NCBI GenBank assembly: GCA_038062835.1 | Contig: JBBTWH010000006.1 | Span: forward strand, 60-64,059 | Direction of reading: 5' to 3' | Source: Patescibacteria group bacterium | GTDB taxonomy: Bacteria; Patescibacteriota; Patescibacteriia; SG8-24; DYFX01 | Length of the DNA: 64,000 bases | Shown here: piece by piece, positions 25,432 through 35,105 of the stretch | How the letters are laid out: every line of letters begins with the position of its first letter | Position numbering within the stretch: the stretch's first letter is position 1 | Translations under genes and position numbers: made by a program | The notes under the pieces: model-generated | Database searches by the model: none | Told to the model about the DNA's origin: nothing | What the model saw: the letters and a program-made list of their open reading frames with translations, nothing else

Positions 25432-28317
25432 TTAGGCTTCCATCGGCGCGCCGCTCAGGCGGGCGAAGCCGACGAAGGCGGCGAGGAAGAGGGCGGTCAT
25501 GACGAACGGCGCGGCCATCGAGACCCAGTTGCGGCGGCCGGGACGGAAGCCGCGCAAGAGCAGGGAGTTGGCGACGACCGAGACCGAACTCAGCGCCATG
25601 GCCAGGCCCGCCAGTTCCGGCTTCAGCACGAGACCGACGCCGGCGAAGACGCGGGCGGCGATGGGGATGCCGGCCACGTTATAGAAGAGGGAGAAGAACA
25701 GGTTCTGACGGACCTTGCCGAGCGTCTCGCGCGAGAGCCGGATGGCGGTCACGACGTCGTTCAGGTCGTTCTTCATCAGCACGATGCCTCCTGTCTCCAT
25801 GGCCACGTCGGTGCCGCTCGACATGGCGATGCCGAGATCGGCCTGTGCCAGCGCCGGCGCGTCGTTGATGCCGTCGCCGACCATGGCGACCTTCACGCCG
25901 GCAGCCTGGAGCTTCTTGACCTCGCCGGCCTTGTCTTCCGGCAGGACTTCGGCAAGCACGTTTTCGATACCCGCCTGTTTGGCGATGGCGCGTGCGGTAC
26001 GTTCATTGTCGCCGGTGATCATGAAGACGTCGAGTCCCATGCGCTTCAGCGCGGCGACCGCGGCGGAGGAGGTGTCCTTGATGGTGTCGGCCACGGCCAG
26101 CACGCCGAGGACGCCCTGGCGCGTGGCTAGGATCATCGCGGTCTTTCCGGCTTCCTCGAGTTTCCGCATCTTGCGGTCGATGCCGGAAGCGTCGAGGCCA
26201 AGGACGTCCGTCACGAGCTTGCGGTTGCCGAAGAAGTGCTCGACGCCCATGATCGCGCCCTGCACGCCGTGCCCCGGAATCGCCTTGAAGTCAGCGACCT
26301 CGACAGGATCGATCCCCTCTTCTTCCGCGTACCGGCAGATCGCCTCGGCTAGCGGATGCTCGGATTTCGCTTCGAGGCCCGCCGCGATCTCCACGATGCG
26401 TTCCTCATCCGTGATCCCGACGCCGACGATGTCGGTCACTTCCGGCGCGCCTTTCGTCAGCGTGCCGGTCTTGTCGAAGACGATCGCGCCGACCTTGCAG
26501 GCCGCCTCGAGCGGTTCGCCGCCCTTGATGAGGATGCCGTGCTCGGCGCCCTTGCCGGTCGCGACCATGATGGCCGTCGGCGTGGCCAGGCCGAGCGCGC
26601 ACGGGCAGGCGATGACGATGACGGCGGTGAAGGCCATGAGCGCGAAGCTGAGCGGCGCGCCGAGCGCCAGGTACCAGACCGCGAACGTCAGGAGCGCCAG
26701 GCCGATCACGGCCGGCACGAACCAGGCGGAGATGCGGTCGGCGAAGCCCTGGATGGGCGCGCGCGAGCCTTGCGCGTCCTCGATCAGCTGGACGATCCGT
26801 GAGAGCGCCGTCTCGGAACCGACCTTGTCGGCCCGGAACTCGAAGCTACCCGTCTTGTTGATGGTGGCGCCGATGACGGCGTCGCCTTCCTTCTTCGCGA
26901 CCGGCAAGCTTTCGCCCGTCAGCATCGATTCATCCACCGCCGACGATCCCTTCAGGACGGTGCCGTCGACGGGAATCTTCTCGCCGGGACGGACCAGGAT
27001 GACGTCGCCCTTCGCGACCTCCTCGATCGGGACGTCGAACGGGCGGCCGTCGCGCATGACGCGCGCGGTCTTGGCCTGGAGGCCCATCAGCTTCTTCACG
27101 GCTTCGGACGTCTCGCCCTTGGCCTTGCTCTCGAGCCACTTGCCCAGCAGGACGAAAGTGATCAGGAAGGCGGACGTCTCGAAGTAGAGCTCGGGGATCT
27201 TCCCGCCGATGCCGATGACCGTGCCTTTCGTGACGGCGTAGATGGCCAGATTGATGGCGCTGTAGGCGAAGGCCGCCGTGGTGCCGATGGCGATCAGCGA
27301 ATCCATGTTGAAGGTCCGCATGCGCAGGCTCGACCACATGCCCTTGTAGAAGCCGGCGCCCAGCGCGATCTGCACCGGCGTCGCCAGCAGGAACGAGACG
27401 ATGCCGACGGACGGAAGGGTCGCCGCGCGGCCCGGCAGGGCGAAGAAGTCGAGCAGCATGAACCAGAGCATCGGCAGGGAGAGCGCCGAGCCGATGAGGA
27501 ACTTGCGCTTGTAGGAACGGACTTCGGCGGCGCGGCGCGCGCGTTCGGCCTCGGGATCGGCCTTGTCGGCGAGTTCGGCGCGGTAACCGGCCTTTCGGAC
27601 CGCTTCGACGAGCGCGGCGACGTCGGTCTGGCGCGGATCGAAGACGACGCGCGCTTTCTCGGCGGCGAAGTTGACGTTCGCTTCCTTGACGCCTTTGACC
27701 TTCTTGAGGCCGCGCGTGATCAGGTTCGCGCACGAGGAACAATGCATGCCGCCCAGCGCGAGCATGGCGCGCGCATCCCCCTGCGCCGAAGCTGCGGGGG
27801 GCGCATCGCCTGCCGGCACGACGGCGGCGGACGGGGCCGCGGCGGCGATGTCGGCGGCCGAATCGACATGAACGGCCTTGCGCATGAATGCCAGGAGCGC
27901 CGCAGGTTCGCTCTCGTCGGCGGGATATTCGATTTCGCCGCGCTTGGTGACGCGGACGGTGCCGGCGAAACGTCGCGCGCCGTCGGCCGACATCGTGACT
28001 TCGCCTTCCGCTTCGACGTCCTGATGGAGCCTGAGCACGTGCGTGGACCTTCCGGCCACCGGCACGGCCTTGATCTCGGGCTCGGGCAGCGGTTCCGGCG
28101 CCGCGGCCACTTCCGCGGCGTAACCGAGTTCGAGGATCTTCTTGAGCACGGCGTCCGCGTCGAGCGGGCCGCCGGGGATGACGACGCACTCGCCGGTCGC
28201 GGCGTCGCTCCGTGACTCCTTGACGCCCGGCATGTCCGCCAAGGCGCCGTCGATGAGCTTCTCGCACGACGAGCAATGCATGCCCGTCACCTTGATCTTG
28301 AGAGGGTTGGAGTTCAT
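25432..28317 (-). CDS. copA: Copper-translocating P-type ATPase with tandem N-terminal HMA domains
   Basis: Two 'GMHCSSC' HMA motifs, 'CPC', 'DKTGTLT', 'GDGINDAP'. Confidence 0.9.
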   Translation of the reverse strand: MNSNPLKIKVTGMHCSSCEKLIDGALADMPGVKESRSDAATGECVVIPGGPLDADAVLKKILELGYAAEVAAAPEPLPEPEIKAVPVAGRSTHVLRLHQDVEAEGEVTMSADGARRFAGTVRVTKRGEIEYPADESEPAALLAFMRKAVHVDSAADIAAAAPSAAVVPAGDAPPAASAQGDARAMLALGGMHCSSCANLITRGLKKVKGVKEANVNFAAEKARVVFDPRQTDVAALVEAVRKAGYRAELADKADPEAERARRAAEVRSYKRKFLIGSALSLPMLWFMLLDFFALPGRAATLPSVGIVSFLLATPVQIALGAGFYKGMWSSLRMRTFNMDSLIAIGTTAAFAYSAINLAIYAVTKGTVIGIGGKIPELYFETSAFLITFVLLGKWLESKAKGETSEAVKKLMGLQAKTARVMRDGRPFDVPIEEVAKGDVILVRPGEKIPVDGTVLKGSSAVDESMLTGESLPVAKKEGDAVIGATINKTGSFEFRADKVGSETALSRIVQLIEDAQGSRAPIQGFADRISAWFVPAVIGLALLTFAVWYLALGAPLSFALMAFTAVIVIACPCALGLATPTAIMVATGKGAEHGILIKGGEPLEAACKVGAIVFDKTGTLTKGAPEVTDIVGVGITDEERIVEIAAGLEAKSEHPLAEAICRYAEEEGIDPVEVADFKAIPGHGVQGAIMGVEHFFGNRKLVTDVLGLDASGIDRKMRKLEEAGKTAMILATRQGVLGVLAVADTIKDTSSAAVAALKRMGLDVFMITGDNERTARAIAKQAGIENVLAEVLPEDKAGEVKKLQAAGVKVAMVGDGINDAPALAQADLGIAMSSGTDVAMETGGIVLMKNDLNDVVTAIRLSRETLGKVRQNLFFSLFYNVAGIPIAARVFAGVGLVLKPELAGLAMALSSVSVVANSLLLRGFRPGRRNWVSMAAPFVMTALFLAAFVGFARLSGAPMEA

Positions 28318-28523
28318 ACGATTTCCGTCTGATACTCCTCCAGCGCCGCGATCTCGCGGACGAGCGCGTCCAAGGCTTCGGGCGTCTCATGCGACACATC
28401 CGCGCGTCCCGCGTCGAGGTCGACCGAGCAGGAAGAGATTCCCGGCACGTCGGCGGCGACGCTTTCGATGAGCTTCTTGCACGAGGCGCAGTGCAGCCCC
28501 GTGATCTTGAGAGTGGAATTCAT
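28314..28523 (-). CDS. copZ: Copper chaperone (HMA domain)
   Basis: 69 aa with 'GLHCASC' metal-binding motif. Confidence 0.8.
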   Translation of the reverse strand: MNSTLKITGLHCASCKKLIESVAADVPGISSCSVDLDAGRADVSHETPEALDALVREIAALEEYQTEIV

Positions 28524-28533
28524 AGGATGAACG

Positions 28534-29919
28534 TCAGATGGCCGTGATGAGGCCGGGGAACATGCCCATAGAGCAGCTGAAGACGTAGCCTCCGGCTTTC
28601 TTCGGGGTGAAGACGAGGACGTTCAGACTCTTGTTCAGAGGGACGCTGACGCGGGCTTTCGGGATCGTCAGGACGCCGCGGCAGCCGGTGCCGATGCCTT
28701 CGATCTCCATGCGGACCGGCATGCCGGCCTTCACCGTGTAGGTATCGCTCGGCTTGTAGGCCGGATTGACGCCCAGCCGCATGCGGATGACCTGGACGCC
28801 GTCCACGACGCGGACGTTGGGATCCTCCGCGGCCTGCGCGGCGGCGGGTGGCGGAGCGAACTTCGGCAGGCGGAGCGGATAGCCCATCGAGGTCAGGCCG
28901 TTCTGGAGATTCCAGAGCCCGAGGACGACGACCATGGCGCCGGCGAAGCGGAAGAACTTCTCCCCCGCCTTCCCCTTAAGGGACGTCGAAGCCCATCCGA
29001 GCGCGAGGAGCGACGGCGCGGTGCCGAGCGCGAAGGCAGCCAGGATCAGTCCGCCCTGCGCGAAACTGCCGGCGGTCAGCGCGTAGATCTGGAGCGCCTG
29101 CGTGAAGCCGCACGGGATGAAGAAGGTGAGCGCGCCGAGGGTGAACGGCATGGCCGGATGCTCGCGGCCTTCAGCATCGACGACGCGGCGCGCGAACCAC
29201 TTCGGCATGCGCGGCTGGATGGCCTTGAGCCATGAGGGCGCGAGCTTCAGCATGTCGAGGCCCATGATCAACATGTAGGTGGCGGCCAGCACGATGATGG
29301 CGCCGGTGAAGAAGGGCGACGGCGAGAGGACCTTGCCGAGCGCGGCGATGATCCCGCCGAAGAAGGCGTAGGACAGCACGCGTCCGGCCACGAACATGAA
29401 GACGGGAGTCATGCGGGTCACGCCGTCCATCGAGCCGTAGCGGCGGTTGTAGTTGGCCGCCGAGGAGAGCAGGAGTCCTCCAGAGACGGCGATGCAGGAT
29501 GAGGCAGCGGCCAGAAGGCCGATCACGAAGACGGGCCAGAAGCCGCCGGAACCGCCCGCCCCGAGCGAAGCCGAGGGGTCGACGGCGAAATCCATGTTGA
29601 GAATGCCTATCTTCGCGGCGAGCCAGCCGAACAGGAAGACGGCAGCGAAGGCGCCGACGACCTGTCCGAACTCGGGCTTCTTGGCGTTCGAAGGCGCACC
29701 GCAATGGCGAAGGACGTATTCCTCGCCTTTGAGCGCGGCGTTCAGGACATCGAGCGAGGGAGCGTCGCCTTCGCAATCGATGCAGACTTCGCCCTTCGGC
29801 GAATTCGCGTCGACGGCGCAGACGCCGGGAAGCTTCTTCAACTTGCGTTCTATGGTCAGCTCGCAGCTGCGGCAATGCATGCCGTCGACCGCGTACGTGT
29901 GGGATTTCATGGTAAGCAA
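28534..29919 (-). CDS. HMA domain fused to CcdA/DsbD-like transmembrane domain plus C-terminal beta-rich domain
   Basis: N-terminal 'GMHCRSC'; TM cysteines ('AASSCIAV', 'FFIPCGF') as in CcdA; C-terminal Cys-containing domain. Confidence 0.5.
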   Translation of the reverse strand: MLTMKSHTYAVDGMHCRSCELTIERKLKKLPGVCAVDANSPKGEVCIDCEGDAPSLDVLNAALKGEEYVLRHCGAPSNAKKPEFGQVVGAFAAVFLFGWLAAKIGILNMDFAVDPSASLGAGGSGGFWPVFVIGLLAAASSCIAVSGGLLLSSAANYNRRYGSMDGVTRMTPVFMFVAGRVLSYAFFGGIIAALGKVLSPSPFFTGAIIVLAATYMLIMGLDMLKLAPSWLKAIQPRMPKWFARRVVDAEGREHPAMPFTLGALTFFIPCGFTQALQIYALTAGSFAQGGLILAAFALGTAPSLLALGWASTSLKGKAGEKFFRFAGAMVVVLGLWNLQNGLTSMGYPLRLPKFAPPPAAAQAAEDPNVRVVDGVQVIRMRLGVNPAYKPSDTYTVKAGMPVRMEIEGIGTGCRGVLTIPKARVSVPLNKSLNVLVFTPKKAGGYVFSCSMGMFPGLITAI

Positions 29920-29920
29920 A

Positions 29921-29958
29921 AGGGAATAAGAAGCGTTCGGATCTTGCGATCCGGCGTC
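29921..29958 (-). terminator. Hairpin terminator/attenuator between copper-cluster genes
   Basis: AGGGAATAAGA...TCTTATTCCCT 11-bp stem with inner CGGATC-TTGC-GATCCG, T-run on minus strand. Confidence 0.45.
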
Positions 29959-30297
29959 TTATTCCCTCTTGAACGTGGACCGCAGTCCCGATGGAGAGGT
30001 CGGTGTCGGCACGTAGGCAGGCGGCCGATAGCGCCGGCGCTCGATGGCGTCCGCGCAAACGGCGGTGACGATCGCCAGGAGGAGCAGCGTCAGGTTGACG
30101 ATCGTCTGCGGCGACGACGTGAGCGCCAACTTCAGCACAGCCGGCGAGACCGGGCAGACGTAGCCCATCGGACACGTCAGCATGGCCCCGGAGGAATGGA
30201 ACGGCACCGAATGGTTCCCATGCCAAAGCCCCATCGCGGCCGCATGGAGAGCGACGGCGAGGAGCGCGACGGCGAGAGCGACGGCGATCTTCCGCAT
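29959..30297 (-). CDS. Small Cys-motif membrane protein (metal-handling candidate)
   Basis: Signal/TM N-terminus; 'LTCPMGYVCPVSP' motif; second TM. Confidence 0.35.
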   Translation of the reverse strand: MRKIAVALAVALLAVALHAAAMGLWHGNHSVPFHSSGAMLTCPMGYVCPVSPAVLKLALTSSPQTIVNLTLLLLAIVTAVCADAIERRRYRPPAYVPTPTSPSGLRSTFKRE

Positions 30298-30330
30298 ATG
30301 GCTTCAACCTAGCATGAAACGGCCTGGGAT

Positions 30331-31416
30331 TCAAGGCCCGACCTCAATCAGCCACAGTCCGATCCTGTCCGGTTCTTCCGGAGAAAGCGGCGCGAGGAAG
30401 CTGACCAAGGCGCCGTCCGGCGAGATCGAGGGCGACGTCTCGGGCCCGTGCGCGCCGGAGGTCAGGTACGCGCCCGCTTTGGTGACGGCATCGAGCGCCT
30501 TGATGCGCGTCGTCTCCCCCATCCGCGCCTCGGCGATGATGAACGTGTCGGACGCCCCGCGGCGGACGGGCGAGGTCTCGTCTTCCTCGTGCGTGCGGAG
30601 CAGCGGCGCGGGATTCTTGCCGTCGACGTCCATCACGTAGGCGTCCCAGCTCCCGTTCGGCGAGCGGCGCTGGAAATAGATCTTGCGTCCGTCGTCGGAC
30701 CAGGTCGGCCGGCGGTCGTCGCCGCCGCGCGTGAGCTGCTGGATGCCGGCGCCGTTCAAGCCGATCTTCCAGATCGAGGCTCCCGTCGGCTTCTTCGCAC
30801 GGTCGTCATTGACTTCGAAGGCGGCCCAGACGCCGTCCGGCGAGATCGCGGGGGCGACGAGATCTTCGCGGCCGTCGTGCGTCGTGAGGCGTTTCTCGTT
30901 CTTGCCCTCGAGGCCGGAGCACCAGATTTCGAAGACGCCGCGTTCGTCGGGCGCGGAATAGCAGAGCGTGCCGGCGTTGCGGTGCGCGGCGCGGTGGCTG
31001 GAGGCCAGCCGCGGACGGACGGAATCGAAGATGACGGTCGCGGAGGCGGACGCCACGTCGACGCGCAGGATCTTCCAACGCGCGTCCTTGCCCGTGGCCG
31101 TGGCGCTGACGATGAGCGTGCCGTTGTCGGAGAAGCCGGCGGCGAGCGGACGTTCGCCTTCCGACGGCGCCCAAAGGAGGCGCGCGCCGTCAGGGCGGGC
31201 GCGTAGGCCCTCGAGCCGCGGATCAATCGGCGCGGGCGCTTCTTCGGCCGATGGCTGCGGAGGCGGCGGTTCGACGATGACGTTCTCGAGCGAGCGCGCG
31301 GCGGCCTGGCGATGGACCGTCAGCACGCCGTAACCGACCGCGCCGATGACGACGAGGGCGAAGACGGCGGCGATGAATCCCCTGAACGCGCGCATAACGT
31401 ATTGAAAGTATAGCAC
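30331..31416 (-). CDS. TolB-like beta-propeller (PD40 repeat) protein, membrane-anchored
   Basis: Repeated 'SPDG...' / 'WSDDGRKIYFQR' PD40-like blades; N-terminal TM. Confidence 0.55.
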   Translation of the reverse strand: MLYFQYVMRAFRGFIAAVFALVVIGAVGYGVLTVHRQAAARSLENVIVEPPPPQPSAEEAPAPIDPRLEGLRARPDGARLLWAPSEGERPLAAGFSDNGTLIVSATATGKDARWKILRVDVASASATVIFDSVRPRLASSHRAAHRNAGTLCYSAPDERGVFEIWCSGLEGKNEKRLTTHDGREDLVAPAISPDGVWAAFEVNDDRAKKPTGASIWKIGLNGAGIQQLTRGGDDRRPTWSDDGRKIYFQRRSPNGSWDAYVMDVDGKNPAPLLRTHEEDETSPVRRGASDTFIIAEARMGETTRIKALDAVTKAGAYLTSGAHGPETSPSISPDGALVSFLAPLSPEEPDRIGLWLIEVGP

Positions 31417-31501
31417 TCATCCATGCCTGCGAAGTGGACAAGGACCTGGGGTCTTGCCGATTTCCGGCATTCGATGTAGCCTAGGACGCGTGAGCAAGCT
31501 T

Positions 31502-31578
31502 GGGCGCTTAGCTCAGTTGGCTAGAGCGTCTCGTTGACGTCGAGAAGGTCGAAGGTTCAACTCCTTCAGCGCCCACCA
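31502..31578 (+). tRNA. tRNA-Val(GAC)
   Basis: GGGCGCT-TA-GCTCAGTTGGCTAGAGC...TCTCG-TTGACGT-CGAGA...GGTTCAACTCC...AGCGCCC-A-CCA. Confidence 0.9.
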
Positions 31579-31612
31579 CGTAAAAACCACAGCTTGCCTG
31601 TGGTTTTTACGT
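31579..31612. terminator. Palindromic terminator CACGTAAAAACCACAG...CTGTGGTTTTTACGTG
   Basis: A-tract/hairpin/T-tract, bidirectional. Confidence 0.7.
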
Positions 31613-31720
31613 GCCACGTGAGCGATGACGAAGTCAGCGCTTTTACGTGGCTACCTTGAGCATTGACGCTGTTGTTCACGTGGCAGGCCAGCCCGCCATC
31701 ACCGGCGGGTTTTTCCGTAC

Positions 31721-32455
31721 GTGATATCCTTTCGATATATGGCCGTCCGTCATCCCGCGCCGAGACTAGGAATCCTGCCGACCCTCGCTGCCTACGGAGG
31801 CGGGATGCTGCTGATGTCCGGCGTGACGCGCATCGCCGTCCCGCTCTTCGTCGACATCGGCATGGTCCCGCCGCTCGCCTGGTTCGTCACCGGCGGTCTC
31901 GGCTTCGGCATCCTGCTGCTCACCGCCTTCGCCCTCCTGCGCGCCGAAGGCTGCCGGAGCCATGCCGACTTCGCGCGGCGCGTGCGCTTCCGCCCGATCG
32001 ACCGCATCGACATCGTGCTGATCGGCGCCGTCGGCATCGGCACCGTGGCCATCACCGCCATCTGGGCGGGACTCCTCGGCGCGTTCTGGCCCGGTTTCGA
32101 ACCGCAGCCGTGGTTCATCCGCAGCGGTCCGCTCGCCGACGCGAGTCCCTGGATCCTGCTCGCATGGGCGCCGATGTTCATCCTCAACATCTTCGGAGAA
32201 GAACTCCTGTGGCACGGCTGGCTCCTGCCGGGACAGGAACGCGCCTTCGGCCGCCTCGCCTGGATTCCCGCCAGCCTCGGCTGGATCCTCTTCCACGCCC
32301 CGTTCGGTCTCGGCACGGTCCTGCTCTTCGCGCCCTTCCTGCTGATCGAGACCTACGCCGTCCGCCGCACGCACAACCTCTGGATCGGCGTCTGGCTGCA
32401 CGCCGTCTTCAACGCCTCTGGCATCCTGGCGACGCTCTTCGGGCTGGCGTCCTGA
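31721..32455 (+). CDS. CPBP-family (CAAX/Abi) intramembrane metalloprotease
   Basis: 'FGEELLWHGWLL' (EExxxR-type) and 'WLHAVFNASG' (HxxxN) motifs in a polytopic membrane protein. Confidence 0.65.
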   Translation: MISFRYMAVRHPAPRLGILPTLAAYGGGMLLMSGVTRIAVPLFVDIGMVPPLAWFVTGGLGFGILLLTAFALLRAEGCRSHADFARRVRFRPIDRIDIVLIGAVGIGTVAITAIWAGLLGAFWPGFEPQPWFIRSGPLADASPWILLAWAPMFILNIFGEELLWHGWLLPGQERAFGRLAWIPASLGWILFHAPFGLGTVLLFAPFLLIETYAVRRTHNLWIGVWLHAVFNASGILATLFGLAS

Positions 32456-32478
32456 GAAAAAAGAAAAAACGCCTCGTG

Positions 32479-33117
32479 CTAGAGGCGCGTGAGCAGGCTC
32501 TTGAGATCGTCGATGACGACCATCATGGGATTCGACGCGCGGGCGGCATCGATGCGGGCGCGACCGTGGAAGCCGCGGGGGCAGATGTAGGCGCGGACGC
32601 CGGCGGCCTCGAGCATGGCGACGTCCGAGAGCGTGTCGGTCACTCCGATGGCGGCGTCCGGCGGCGTCTGTGTGCGCGCCAGGATCTCGCGGACGATTTC
32701 CGTCTTCTTGCGCGCGCCGGCATGCGTCTCCTCGAAGTAGCTGCGCACGCCGTGGTGCGCGAGGCTGCGCTCGAGCATCGCGCCGTCGAAGCCGGTCACG
32801 AGGACCTGGCGGTGGCCGCGCATGCGACAGACCTCGAGGGTCGTGAGGGCGTCGGGCTGCATCGGCGGCTCGCCGTCCTCGTCGTACCCCTTCTTCATGA
32901 TGCCGTCGAGGTCCTTGGCGGTCACGTCGGCGGGGATGCCGTACTTCCAGTAGAAGGACTTCATGAAGTCCGATTCCACATCGTTGCGGTACGACTCCAG
33001 CGAGGGCACCACGAGTCCGTAATGCGCGAAGATGCGCACCGGGCCCTGGCGATAGACGTACTCGCAGTCATCGAGGATACATCCGTTCCAGTCCCAAATA
33101 ATCAATTTTCTCGACAT
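32479..33117 (-). CDS. HAD-superfamily hydrolase
   Basis: 'IWDWNGCILDD' motif I; start at MSRKLI. Confidence 0.55.
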   Translation of the reverse strand: MSRKLIIWDWNGCILDDCEYVYRQGPVRIFAHYGLVVPSLESYRNDVESDFMKSFYWKYGIPADVTAKDLDGIMKKGYDEDGEPPMQPDALTTLEVCRMRGHRQVLVTGFDGAMLERSLAHHGVRSYFEETHAGARKKTEIVREILARTQTPPDAAIGVTDTLSDVAMLEAAGVRAYICPRGFHGRARIDAARASNPMMVVIDDLKSLLTRL

Positions 33118-33149
33118 GACCACTCCTCTCCGCACAGGCGGAATCAAAG

Positions 33150-33186
33150 AACCGACCGCACCTTAGCAGTCGGTTCTTTCTTTGGA
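33150..33186. terminator. Hairpin terminator AAGAACCGACCGC-ACCTTAGCA-GTCGGTTCTT
   Basis: 12-bp stem flanked by A/T. Confidence 0.6.
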
Positions 33187-33294
33187 TTGTGGATAACTTT
33201 CGCTCGGGTACGGCCCGCTTCTCGCTGCGGAACTCGGCTTCCCCCGTCGCATGACGGGGGAACCGGGTCGCACGTCAGTTCGCGCTCCCCTGCC

Positions 33295-34086
33295 TCAGAC
33301 AGTCCTCGCTTCGGCGCGGGCCGTACCCTCGCTCATGGAATGAAGGAGCGGGGCCAATGACCGATACTTCTCCCGAAGATGCGGGCTGGTCGTTTGAGCG
33401 GCGAAGGATTCGATGGCTTCCGGCGTCGGCGTGAAAGGCGCGAGGAGGTTGGCTTGGCGGTTGTAGGTGAAGATGGGCAGGAGGCCGGCGGATTTGATCC
33501 AGAGCGACGTCGCGTAGAGCTTCGACATCGCGCCGTCGAGGGCGAAGAAGCCGAGGATGGGCGAGGGGCCGTCGAAACTGGCGTTCACTTCGTTCCAGTC
33601 GTCGCCCGCCACGTCGTTCGCGAACGACGTGGCGTGGACGCGTTTCATGAGCGCGGCGTGAAGTTCCGCCAGGTCGGAGACGCGTTCCTCATCCCGCGCT
33701 TCGAGGCGGCCGAGATGATCCGTCTCGCTGTCGCAGTCGTTGACCGAGACGTGTTCGACGCGGACGAGCGACGGGTCGAGAAGGATTCCTGTGCCGCGTC
33801 CGATGGCGTACACCGAATTGCGGATGTCCTTCTGGAGATACGTCGTCGAAAGATAGCGCACGCGCGTCTGCCGAGCGATGTGCGCGAAGAGGTCGTCGAT
33901 CTGTTCGGGGTTCGCCATATGCACGAGCGCCCCGCCTCCGCTCCAACCCTCCGCGATCTTCGCGCTGCGCGCCGCCGCGTCCTCATGCGCGAAAAAACTT
34001 CGCGCGAGCTCGCGAAAGGTCTTCTCGCCGGGAAACGTCTCCCGCGTCGCCAGGAACATCGGATCGAGAAGGTCGTAGGCTTCCAT
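33295..34086 (-). CDS. Hypothetical protein
   Basis: Start at MEAYDLL; no recognisable motif. Confidence 0.4.
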   Translation of the reverse strand: MEAYDLLDPMFLATRETFPGEKTFRELARSFFAHEDAAARSAKIAEGWSGGGALVHMANPEQIDDLFAHIARQTRVRYLSTTYLQKDIRNSVYAIGRGTGILLDPSLVRVEHVSVNDCDSETDHLGRLEARDEERVSDLAELHAALMKRVHATSFANDVAGDDWNEVNASFDGPSPILGFFALDGAMSKLYATSLWIKSAGLLPIFTYNRQANLLAPFTPTPEAIESFAAQTTSPHLREKYRSLAPLLHSMSEGTARAEARTV

Positions 34087-34189
34087 ACCGGCATGATACC
34101 GCAAATCCGCAAATTTTCACGTTCGTGAAGATTTGTAGAAAGTGAAAAACGCGCCGGGGAAGGCGGGTCTTTCGGGCGCGGATCTCGCG

Positions 34190-34227
34190 GCCCACGTAAA
34201 AATCCCAGACGAGCTGGGATTTTTACG
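34190..34227. terminator. Palindromic terminator CACGTAAAAATCCCAGACGAGCTGGGATTTTTACGTG
   Basis: Same CACGTAAAAA...TTTTTACGTG architecture as after tRNA-Val. Confidence 0.7.
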
Positions 34228-34303
34228 TGGTAGGCCCGGATGGATTCGAACCATCAACCGCCGAGATATAAGCTCGGTGCTCTGACCGTTGAGCTACGGG
34301 CCC
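34228..34303 (-). tRNA. tRNA-Ile(UAU)
   Basis: Minus strand: GGGCCCG-TA-GCTCAACGGTCAGAGC-A-CCGAG-CTTATAT-CTCGG-CGGTT-GATGG-TTCGAAT-CCATC-CGGGCCT-A-CCA. Confidence 0.8.
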
Positions 34304-34369
34304 ACGCACCGTCATTTAACCCTCTCGGGGTCAAGAACGCAAAACTGCCCTTGCGGGCAGCTTCGATTT

Positions 34370-34942
34370 TTATTCCTTGTCTCCGCCGGGGTCGGACCGT
34401 TCGACCGATTCGAGGAGCTTGTGCAGCTTGGAGATCTCGGAGGGATCCGTCGCGGCCTCGATGCGCTGGTTCAGCGCGGTGACCGTGGCGGAGACCGCCT
34501 CATGGCGGATCTTGTCGGTGAAGACCTTGTAGAGCCGCTGGATCTTGGGGTCCTCGTGCAGCTTGCTGAAGCCGCCGGCGGGGTCGAGCGTCTTCTGCAG
34601 GCGCTCCTGGACCGGCTGGACGAGCAGGGTCGCGGCTTCCGGCGAATCGGCCATCTGCATCGCCATGTTCAGCGTGTCGCCAAGCACGCTCTCGGCGGCG
34701 TTGGCGGCCTCCGTATAGATGATGCCGGTGCGCTCGACGTTCCACTGTTTGTCCTTCGTGTCGAGTTCGGTCAGCGTCTCGGCGATCATGCCTTCGATGG
34801 CCTTGGCGCGCTCCGCCTGTTCCGCGGAAGTGTCGTCGTTTTTCTTGAAGCCCTCCATCAGCTGGTCGATGTCCTCATCCTGAACTTCGAGCTTTTTCGG
34901 CTCTTGTGCAGCGTTCGGCATAGATTCAGCGTTGTTTTTCAT
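34370..34942 (-). CDS. Hypothetical acidic protein
   Basis: Start ambiguous (MKNN at 34942, or leaderless MGIQ at 34966 right after the -10 box). Confidence 0.4.
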   Translation of the reverse strand: MKNNAESMPNAAQEPKKLEVQDEDIDQLMEGFKKNDDTSAEQAERAKAIEGMIAETLTELDTKDKQWNVERTGIIYTEAANAAESVLGDTLNMAMQMADSPEAATLLVQPVQERLQKTLDPAGGFSKLHEDPKIQRLYKVFTDKIRHEAVSATVTALNQRIEAATDPSEISKLHKLLESVERSDPGGDKE

Positions 34943-34967
34943 GGGAATTTGGGCCTGAATACCCATA

Positions 34968-34996
34968 TAATTTAGCATATTTCGGCCATTTTGTCA
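34968..34996 (-). promoter_or_regulatory. Promoter (minus strand) TTGACA-16-TAAATT
   Basis: Reverse complement of 34968-34996 = TTGACAAAATGGCCGAAATATGCTAAATT. Confidence 0.5.
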
Positions 34997-35018
34997 AGTT
35001 TCTTGGGCTTTCCGCGCG

Positions 35019-35051
35019 ACTTGACAAAATACCGATTTTAGGGTACGGTCT
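35019..35051 (+). promoter_or_regulatory. Divergent promoter (plus strand) TTGACA ... TAGGGT/TACGGT
   Basis: ACTTGACAAAAT is the inverted copy of ATTTTGTCAAGT at 34985-34996; drives 35106-35594. Confidence 0.45.
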
Positions 35052-35105
35052 CGCGTTCGCCCGTGGCGGGCGGCCCCCCGAAAGGGGTTACGTGAGGAGA
35101 TTGAA

